From Candidatus Hadarchaeota archaeon (GTDB lineage: Archaea; CAYQAE01; CAYVLA01), in NCBI GenBank assembly GCA_964621445.1, contig CAZUNO010000003.1, positions 7,498-71,497 on the forward strand: 64,000 bases of DNA. Direction: 5' to 3'. Below are positions 57,911-64,000 of this stretch, piece after piece; positions within the stretch are counted from its first letter, which is position 1, and the number at the start of each line of letters is the position of its first letter. A program made the position numbers and the translations under genes. The notes under the pieces are model-generated. The model was not told the origin of the DNA and made no database searches. It saw only the letters and a program-made list of their open reading frames with translations.

Positions 57911-58230
57911 GCTATCAGAACGGTAACTGCAAACAGCACTACCATGACATAGAAGGCCATCGAATCAAAATCACCGCTGGACTCCACCCTCAGTCTGATT
58001 CCTGCCGGGAGATTATTTACCAATAGAAGAACCAGGACGGCCATTCCCAGCAAGGCCGCAGCCAGGCCAAAATTGAAAATCGAAAATAGGCTGATGACCA
58101 ATAGAATGATGGGGATCTCCACACCTATGAAGGAGCCAACCACGAAGCTCTTATCCTCTGCCTCCTCTCCCTCCTTAGATTCCAGCGAGGAACTCAAGAT
58201 GTGATCAAAGATCTCAGAAATTCTCGTCAA
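57892..58230 (-). CDS. Small integral membrane subunit
   Basis: 112 aa, 3 TM. Operon member. Confidence 0.45.
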   Translation of the reverse strand: MTRISEIFDHILSSSLESKEGEEAEDKSFVVGSFIGVEIPIILLVISLFSIFNFGLAAALLGMAVLVLLLVNNLPAGIRLRVESSGDFDSMAFYVMVVLFAVTVLIAWSWSG

Positions 58231-58233
58231 TGT

Positions 58234-59775
58234 TTAACCTCCAAAAAGGGCCGTCAAGCCCGCAATGATGGGATTAATTGCCACATCGGGCATCAAGCCG
58301 AAGAAAATCTCAAGTACCACCGGCACGGTCAGAGCCAACATCATGGCAAATGGAATTTCAAGCGGCTTGGACTCGGTTCCATCATCTGCCGGTCTCAGGA
58401 ATATGAGAACAAACGCCTTGGCAACGGCATAGAAGACCATGACCGTGCTAACCACCATGAGTAGACCCACGGTAAGGAAGCCGTTCTGGAAGGCGAATTG
58501 AATTAACCTCCACTCGCTCTGGAAGCAGTTCAGGGGAGGAAGGCCGGCCACGGCAAGCATCGAAATCAGGGTGAGTACCGCAAATTCACCGTTTCTCCTG
58601 GCAAGTCCCTTGAGCTTGGTCATATTGGTGTGACCATATTCATGCAATATTACAGCCGCGCTTATGAACAGGGCAGAGGTCACGATAATCTCGTTAAATC
58701 CGTGGAATATTCCGTAGGCCATTCCTTCGTGTCCCCAGGCATAGACCGGCCCCTGGTTACCGTAGCTGGGCATTCTTCTGAAGAATGATAATCCAATGGC
58801 CACCAGACCAGCCTGGTTAATGGCCACGTAAGCTATCAGACGCCTGTAGTCATTTTGCAGCATGGCCAACACCGCCCCGATCATCATGGCCACGGTGCCT
58901 ATGAGCATCATCGCCTCCCAGGTCGCATCCTGCCAGAAGAACAGCCGAGCTATTAGGACGCCCACGGCAATCAGAAGCACCTTGGATATGGCCTGCAACA
59001 CCGCACCGGCCTCCGGTGACGCCCGGGAATAGAGCTCCGATTTTATGGTATGGAAGGGGGGCAGGCCTCCGCCGTATGTCCAGGCAAATATCAGCAGTGC
59101 CAGACCCATGAAGATCATTGGGGCATCGCGCTGGGTTGCACCGCTGGCGAAGAACTCGAACATATCTGAGACGTTCAATACCCCCGTGGAACCCAGTAGA
59201 AATCCGACTCCCAGAAGCAACATGGCCCCGGCCACCGATCCCAGAAGCATGTACTTGAGCGAGGTTCTAAAGGCGTCGCCCTTGTTCAACCAGGCCACTA
59301 TTCCCGCTTGAGCTACCGTGCAAATCTCGAAGAACACGAACATATTGAAAACATCGTCCACCAGGGCCACGGCACAGGCCGTCGATATGGCCATGAGTAT
59401 TAGGAAAATGTAGACCCCGGAGACCTTCTCGTGCATCACCAGGCATACGGAAACGGCCAAGGCAGACATAACCGCAAAGCCCAGGAGGAGAACCATCTGA
59501 ACCTGGGTATACTGGTAGGCTATACCCAGGTTGAAGGCCATATTGACCCCCTCGTCAAGGAAATACTCCACCTCGGGATGGGCACCGAAAACGTAATAGC
59601 TATCTTCGTAGGATGTAAAGAAGGGTAGACAAACCAGGGCTATCATCCCTATGGATGCCAGGGCCTTGACGGCCTTGCTTCTCTTGTACAGGAAGTTTGA
59701 TACCACGGCAACTATTATGGGAATGACCACGAAGAGGGGTATGGTCTCCTGAAGGCCGAAGATGGGGCTAATCAT
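58234..59775 (-). CDS. ehbF: NuoL/MrpD-like antiporter-type membrane subunit
   Basis: 513 aa, about 14 TM. Proton-pumping antiporter module fold. Confidence 0.85.
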   Translation of the reverse strand: MISPIFGLQETIPLFVVIPIIVAVVSNFLYKRSKAVKALASIGMIALVCLPFFTSYEDSYYVFGAHPEVEYFLDEGVNMAFNLGIAYQYTQVQMVLLLGFAVMSALAVSVCLVMHEKVSGVYIFLILMAISTACAVALVDDVFNMFVFFEICTVAQAGIVAWLNKGDAFRTSLKYMLLGSVAGAMLLLGVGFLLGSTGVLNVSDMFEFFASGATQRDAPMIFMGLALLIFAWTYGGGLPPFHTIKSELYSRASPEAGAVLQAISKVLLIAVGVLIARLFFWQDATWEAMMLIGTVAMMIGAVLAMLQNDYRRLIAYVAINQAGLVAIGLSFFRRMPSYGNQGPVYAWGHEGMAYGIFHGFNEIIVTSALFISAAVILHEYGHTNMTKLKGLARRNGEFAVLTLISMLAVAGLPPLNCFQSEWRLIQFAFQNGFLTVGLLMVVSTVMVFYAVAKAFVLIFLRPADDGTESKPLEIPFAMMLALTVPVVLEIFFGLMPDVAINPIIAGLTALFGG

Positions 59776-60196
59776 TGTTCTCCTCCCCTAATACTTCGGA
59801 GGCATTCAGGCTCTCCTTCTGCTGGTACATCTTGATGGTCAGGCCCAGTACCACGGCCATGGTTGCGGCGCCGATGACTATGTTGGTTAGAACCAGGGCG
59901 TATGGAAGACAGAAGCCGGCCTCGGTCGCAAACTCGGCGGTAGCTACCCCCATTGAGGAATTCATGGATTCGTAGAACTCCTCGGTGAAGATGGGAACGA
60001 TTCCTCCGTCTGGGGCCTGAAGAGGATAACCCAAGGCTACCAGGAAAAGGTTCACACCATCGGTCAGGAACATCATTCCCAGGATCTTCTTGATCAGGTT
60101 GTCCAGGAACAGGACGGCCACTAGGCCGATGAGTACCAGGCTAACGGAGCCCAGAAGAGATGCCGTCTGGATATTAATGAGGGTCATTCCTCCCAC
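59768..60196 (-). CDS. NuoK/MrpC-like membrane subunit with a C-terminal extension
   Basis: LIKKILGMMFLTDGVNLFLVAL matches the MrpC/NuoK core. Confidence 0.55.
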   Translation of the reverse strand: MGGMTLINIQTASLLGSVSLVLIGLVAVLFLDNLIKKILGMMFLTDGVNLFLVALGYPLQAPDGGIVPIFTEEFYESMNSSMGVATAEFATEAGFCLPYALVLTNIVIGAATMAVVLGLTIKMYQQKESLNASEVLGEENND

Positions 60197-60441
60197 CTCG
60201 TGGTCTTGTAAACTGCTATGAACATCAGGGCTGGTAGGAGAGCCGAAGCCAGGATGGCTTGGGTTATGGCGACATCGGGAGTAAGCAGCCTCATGAATAG
60301 AATGGAAAGTGATAGACCCTCGATACCCCCACCGACTATAACCGCCTTGTAAAGGTCACGCGGCAATAAGGACAGAATGGCTATTATCACCGATGCCAAG
60401 ATAAGTGCATATACCGGAAGGTCGGCCAGCACTGCCGTCAT
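60184..60441 (-). CDS. MnhB-domain small membrane subunit (MbhD/E-like)
   Basis: DVAITQAILASALLPAL resembles the MnhB-related domain. Confidence 0.5.
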   Translation of the reverse strand: MTAVLADLPVYALILASVIIAILSLLPRDLYKAVIVGGGIEGLSLSILFMRLLTPDVAITQAILASALLPALMFIAVYKTTRWEE

Positions 60442-60728
60442 TCAGCCCTCTCCTCCTCCACCATGAAGTGGCGTGCATTGGCAATGGTATGCCCAGCAAC
60501 CGGCATCAGAATAAAGTAGGTGAGAGCCACCAGAGGGTAACCCAGAACCAGGAGGATAGCCATGCAGGTGACATCCACCACACCCACGATGTGGATCCTG
60601 CCGTAAAGGATATTGTTAACGTTATCTTTGAACCGCCAGAGGCCTATGCATGCGAAAAAAATGAGCACCGAAGCCACTATCAGCACAAGGCCCTGAAGGA
60701 GTTCCATGAGGCCCTCAAGACCAATCAT
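60438..60728 (-). CDS. MrpG/MnhG-like subunit
   Basis: GLWRFKDNVNNILYGRIHIVGVVD matches the MrpG core (RxPDxxxRxHA-like). Confidence 0.6.
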   Translation of the reverse strand: MIGLEGLMELLQGLVLIVASVLIFFACIGLWRFKDNVNNILYGRIHIVGVVDVTCMAILLVLGYPLVALTYFILMPVAGHTIANARHFMVEEERAE

Positions 60729-61027
60729 CGGAAGGTTCCCTCCCTGAGAACCCTGGAGAACATCAGTATTCCAATGGCCCCAAAGACGATGAGGACGAAG
60801 GTTATCTCCCTAGCGTAGGCAATTCCGAATTCCCTTGCTAGGAGAATTAGCGCCGTTCCCAGGGAGATGGTGGCCACGTTGGCCCCCACTAGGGATGTCG
60901 TGGATCCTTTCCTCGCTACCAACCGGGCGCCGGTAAGAAAAGAGATCGAAAGGGCAACGAATAGAAAGTATGTGCCCAAATCAAGCACCAGGGGCCCCAG
61001 ATCTCCATAGGCAATCAAAACAGTCAC
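60725..61027 (-). CDS. MrpF/MnhF-like subunit
   Basis: 100 aa, 3 TM. Sits in the MrpF position between the E and G homologs. Confidence 0.5.
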   Translation of the reverse strand: MTVLIAYGDLGPLVLDLGTYFLFVALSISFLTGARLVARKGSTTSLVGANVATISLGTALILLAREFGIAYAREITFVLIVFGAIGILMFSRVLREGTFR

Positions 61028-61335
61028 TCCAGCATTCCTTTGATGAATCTCTCAAACGGTATGATTTCCTCAACCGGCCTGGGGGTTATGACTGCCACTA
61101 GCAATTTCTTCTCAGGGTTATCGATATCGATAGTTAGCGTTCCAGGAGTTAGGGTTATGCTGTTGGCCAACACAGTCTGGCTTACTTCCTTGCTCAGCAC
61201 GGTGTCTATCTCCATAACCGTGGGATTTACGTCACCGGTAAGACACAACCAAGCCGTCTTGACGGCAGCGAGGGCCATGTTCCAAGCCAAATCAACTAGA
61301 TACGCTATAGCGTAGACGATCCGTAAAGGTAACAT
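61024..61335 (-). CDS. MrpE/MnhE-like subunit, first gene of the hydrogenase operon
   Basis: LTPGTLTIDIDNPEKKLLVAVI matches the MrpE core. Start chosen at MLPLRIV. The ORF track extends to 61413. Confidence 0.55.
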   Translation of the reverse strand: MLPLRIVYAIAYLVDLAWNMALAAVKTAWLCLTGDVNPTVMEIDTVLSKEVSQTVLANSITLTPGTLTIDIDNPEKKLLVAVITPRPVEEIIPFERFIKGMLE

Positions 61336-61497
61336 GGGTTGACCCTCGGTCTTATGTGAGATCGAGGCCCGAAATCCGCTAATAAATCTTTCACGGGGTA
61401 ACAAAGTGTCCACCTAGGCGTGTCATTCGAGCCGTAACCGGAAAGAATTATCAGAATACGTTCCTCTTGAACCCTAATCTCGATTTTCTATATTATC

Positions 61498-62307
61498 TTG
61501 GACGGAGGCAGAATCTTGGATTTGGATAAACTCTTGCAGGAATACAAGCGAGGCATGATCTCGGAAAAGGAGCTCCTTGCCAAACTTAAGATGGACCATT
61601 TGCAGACCATGGAGGACAGGTTCAGATACGATATATCCAGGGAGGCAAGGACCGGTTTTCCTGAAGCGGTTTTAGCTATCAGGAAGAGTGCTGAGGACAT
61701 AGCAAAGATCGTTAAAAGCGTGGTACCGGTGAAGGGATCTGTACTGGTTACCAAGCTGGATGAAGAGAAGATGGAGAAGGTTAGATCCATGCTCGAGGAG
61801 GAATGCTCAAGTGACGATCTACAAATCGAATATCACCGGGACCCGGAGTTGCTACTTGTAAGGGGTTCCAATTATGATCCTCCCCAAAAGATTGGCTGTT
61901 CGGTTGGGATAATAGCCGCTGGCACCTCCGATATTCCAATAGCAGAGGAGGCCAGGCTGATTCTGGATGAATCTGGCATAGAGACACTAAAGGCATATGA
62001 TGTCGGGGTTGCCGGTCTTCACAGGATATTTCCTCCGGTAAGAAGGATGCTGGACGAAGGAGTAGATGTACTAATAGTTGTAGCGGGAATGGAAGGTGCA
62101 CTTCCCTCGGTGGTAAAGGGGCTGGTCGACCTGCCGGTTATCGGCGTTCCCTCCTCAGTTGGATATGGTTATGAGGCAGGAAGATCAGCTTTGATAGCCA
62201 TGCTCAACTCCTGTGTACCTGGAATAACGGTCACAAATATAGATAACGGCTTCGGAGCCGCAGCCGCGGCCCACAGCATCTGCAGAAGGATATCCGTCCA
62301 TAAATGA
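61498..62307 (+). CDS. larB: LarB-like PurE-fold carboxylase (nickel-pincer nucleotide cofactor biosynthesis)
   Basis: C-terminal PurE/NCAIR-mutase fold (GIIAAGTSDIPIAEEA; IVVAGMEGALPSVVKGL; VIGVPSS) with a ~120-aa LarB-type N-terminal extension. Confidence 0.6.
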   Translation: MDGGRILDLDKLLQEYKRGMISEKELLAKLKMDHLQTMEDRFRYDISREARTGFPEAVLAIRKSAEDIAKIVKSVVPVKGSVLVTKLDEEKMEKVRSMLEEECSSDDLQIEYHRDPELLLVRGSNYDPPQKIGCSVGIIAAGTSDIPIAEEARLILDESGIETLKAYDVGVAGLHRIFPPVRRMLDEGVDVLIVVAGMEGALPSVVKGLVDLPVIGVPSSVGYGYEAGRSALIAMLNSCVPGITVTNIDNGFGAAAAAHSICRRISVHK

Positions 62308-62363
62308 TGTGAACACCAACATCCCGCACCATTAATTAGCCCCGGATATTCCGCCCCTCTAAC

Positions 62364-62942
62364 TTGCTTAGCAGATACAGAGATACCATAAACGCCTTTT
62401 TCGAAAAGATCGCCGCACATTTCAAATTTCTTCCACCGAATGCAATAACCGTTTCCAGCCTCCTTTTCTCCTTCGTACCCGCCTATCTCTTCTATCTGGG
62501 AATGGTCCAGATTGGCTCCATCCTTGTTCTTCTATCCGGAGGATTCGATGTCATGGATGGTGCAGTAGCCCGTTTGACCGACAGGGTAACGTTATTTGGG
62601 GGATTCCTGGATTCCACATTCGATCGTATGGCGGACTTCATAATCCTGGGCGGAATAGCTTTATCGGGAATCGTGGGCTGGGAATTGGTATTATTCACCG
62701 CCTTCGGCTCTTTCATGGTCCCCTATTGCCGTGCCAGGGGCGAAGCGGCTGGATGTGATAAGATGGCGGTTGGAATTGCCGAAAGAGCGGAACGCCAATT
62801 GGTCCTGGTCGCCGGGGGGCTGATTCACCCGCTAGTTGAAGAGGTGAATATCCTCCAGATATCAGTGGCAATACTGGGCATCCTAGCGTGGATAACCGTT
62901 TTCCAGAGGATAATCGCGGCCAAGAGATGTCTAGAGAAATGA
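62364..62942 (+). CDS. CDP-alcohol phosphatidyltransferase (archaeal polar-lipid head-group synthase)
   Basis: DGAVARLTDRVTLFGGFLDSTFDRMAD matches DG-x2-AR-x8-G-x3-D-x3-D. 192 aa, 5-6 TM. Confidence 0.75.
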   Translation: MLSRYRDTINAFFEKIAAHFKFLPPNAITVSSLLFSFVPAYLFYLGMVQIGSILVLLSGGFDVMDGAVARLTDRVTLFGGFLDSTFDRMADFIILGGIALSGIVGWELVLFTAFGSFMVPYCRARGEAAGCDKMAVGIAERAERQLVLVAGGLIHPLVEEVNILQISVAILGILAWITVFQRIIAAKRCLEK

Positions 62943-62957
62943 GGAGGCGAGTTTAGA

Positions 62958-63108
62958 CGAACCGGCAGCGACTCTTGCTTCCCAAAGGGTCTCCCACTTC
63001 AGTACAACAAGCGACGCTGGCCTGCTTAACTTCCGGGTTCGGATTTCTCCTTCCTTAAATCAGAAGTATGAGACCGGGTGTTGCCAGGCCGCTATGGCCG
63101 CCGGCTCG
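62958..63108 (-). rRNA. rrf: 5S ribosomal RNA, about 150 nt with an insertion in loop C
   Basis: The minus strand reads CCGGCGGCCATAGCGG...CACCCGGTCTCAT[~27-nt insert]GAACCCGGAAGTTAAGC...GCTGCCGG. This is the archaeal 5S consensus. Helix I forms a 12-bp closure (CGAGCCGGCGGC / GCUGCCGGUUCG). Ends are +/-3 nt. Confidence 0.75.
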
Positions 63109-63127
63109 GTGTCCCTCGCCCCTTCAT

Positions 63128-63137
63128 CTATTTAAGC
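63128..63137 (-). promoter_or_regulatory. TATA box for the 5S rRNA gene
   Basis: GCTTAAATAG (minus-strand reading) is centred about 25 nt upstream of the 5S 5' end. Confidence 0.45.
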
Positions 63138-63216
63138 TAGCATTAAAAATGTAATTCCAATTCGCATAGATTCGGGGTTATTGATATATCAGTCCTTAGG
63201 AAAAATGAGTAAGACA

Positions 63217-63226
63217 GATAAATAGA
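63217..63226 (+). promoter_or_regulatory. TATA box for the VIT-family gene
   Basis: AGATAAATAG lies about 25 nt upstream of the ATG at 63249. Leaderless arrangement. Confidence 0.4.
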
Positions 63227-63248
63227 GGTACAAATCACGCGAAACAAG

Positions 63249-64000
63249 ATGGGTAACAAAGACGACCAGGCAATGGATAGTCTCCTTCAGGCACAACAAA
63301 ACGAGATCACCGAGTACGAGGTCTACAACCGGATACAGGACCAGATAACTGACGCCCATAACAAGAACGTAGTAAAAAGGATAGCCGATGAGGAGCTATC
63401 GCATTATCAATTTTTCAAAGAGCACACCGGAAAAGAACTTGAACCATCTAAGTTTCAAATAATGAAGTTCGTTATCCTGTCCAAGATCTTTGGCATAACC
63501 TTCTCGATAAAATTAATGGAAAGAGGGGAAAAGGATGCTCAGGATTTTTATCAAGATCTGATAGATACCGTACCTGAGATCGAGGAGATTTTATCTGATG
63601 AATATAGCCATGAAAAGCAGCTCGTTGACCTCCTAGATGAGGAACGTCTCCGGTACACGGGGTCTATTGTCCTCGGTCTTAACGATGCACTGGTTGAACT
63701 CACGGGAGCGCTTTCGGGTCTCACTCTGGCACTACAGAAGCCAAATCTAGTGGCCGTTACTGGTTTGGTAACCGGGGTTGCAGCGGCACTATCCATGGGG
63801 GCTTCCGAGTATCTATCCACCAAGTCCGTCCCTAACGACACAAAGGACCCCTTTCGAGCCTCGCTTTACACCGGGACTGTCTACATACTAACGGTATTTC
63901 TACTGGTAGCTCCTTATCTGGCCTTCTCAAACGTATATTATGCCCTTGGCATCACTCTCGTGTGTGCCATCCTGGTTATCCTGATATTTTCCTTTTACAT
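63249..64000 (+). CDS. Partial CDS: VIT1/CCC1-family Fe/Mn transporter with N-terminal ferritin-like (rubrerythrin-like) domain, running off the window end
   Basis: Translation MGNKDDQ...EYEVYNRIQD...EELSHYQFF (ferritin-like ExxH), then LGLNDALVELTGALSGL and TM helices typical of the VIT family. No stop before the window end. The minus-strand ORF 63551..63841 is rejected. Confidence 0.65.
   Translation, partial: MGNKDDQAMDSLLQAQQNEITEYEVYNRIQDQITDAHNKNVVKRIADEELSHYQFFKEHTGKELEPSKFQIMKFVILSKIFGITFSIKLMERGEKDAQDFYQDLIDTVPEIEEILSDEYSHEKQLVDLLDEERLRYTGSIVLGLNDALVELTGALSGLTLALQKPNLVAVTGLVTGVAAALSMGASEYLSTKSVPNDTKDPFRASLYTGTVYILTVFLLVAPYLAFSNVYYALGITLVCAILVILIFSFY

Noticed and set aside
62990-63050. 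tRNA-like T-arm sequence GGGTTCGGATTTC on the plus strand
   Set aside because: It is the reverse complement of the conserved GAACCCGGAAG of the 5S rRNA encoded on the minus strand.
63551-63841. 96-aa minus-strand ORF
   Set aside because: It lies entirely antisense to the VIT-family gene, which has clear family motifs. Ser/Arg-rich translation typical of a spurious frame.
1-64000. Searched by eye for CRISPR arrays, short direct-repeat arrays, integrases, transposases and tRNAs
   Set aside because: None found. Intergenic regions are short (mostly under 150 bp). The only long ones are promoters, or contain the 5S rRNA.

Overview
This 64-kb window is archaeal: it carries TBP, a thermosome subunit, XPB, Hel308, archaeal-type promoters (BRE/TATA about 25 nt upstream of start codons, i.e. 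little or no 5' leader) and an isolated 5S rRNA. GC content is roughly 55% and coding is dense on both strands. From the 5' end: a split MgtE-like Mg2+ channel with two TrkA-C regulators; a Gfo/Idh/MocA oxidoreductase; a tandem MscS pair; glnA; an M29 aminopeptidase; and a polyol-like ADH/isomerase/ADH island. Next come ppsA, then a co-oriented Lon-like / XPB / unknown 782-aa trio, followed by tbp, the thermosome, a PHP-like unknown, and Hel308. Then a B12 radical SAM gene; serB; a TAT-exported DUF362/ferredoxin/NapH-like trio; a stand-alone ThrRS editing domain; and DegT plus two amidohydrolases. Further on: rhomboid; Clp1-like kinase; a sulfatase-like gene; a CPBP protease; a URO-D family methyltransferase-like gene; a znu-type ABC importer; and a large unknown hydrolase-like gene. 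The window ends with a 16-gene Ehb-type energy-converting [NiFe] hydrogenase operon, larB, a CDP-alcohol phosphatidyltransferase, the 5S rRNA and a partial VIT-family gene.

The candidates I rate highest for novelty are:
1. the TAT-exported DUF362 / ferredoxin / NapH-like module of unknown substrate;
2. an MscS channel fused to a secreted beta-propeller ectodomain next to its plain paralog;
3. an XPB operon whose Bax1 position is occupied by a 782-aa protein with an MDR-like tail, preceded by an ATPase-less membrane Lon-like protease;
4. a 143-aa free-standing ThrRS editing domain;
5. an orphan 5S rRNA with a ~27-nt insertion in loop C;
6. a complete Ehb-like hydrogenase with a 14x[4Fe-4S] polyferredoxin.

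No CRISPR array, transposase, integrase or tRNA was seen. All calls rest on reading motifs by eye; no database searches were run.
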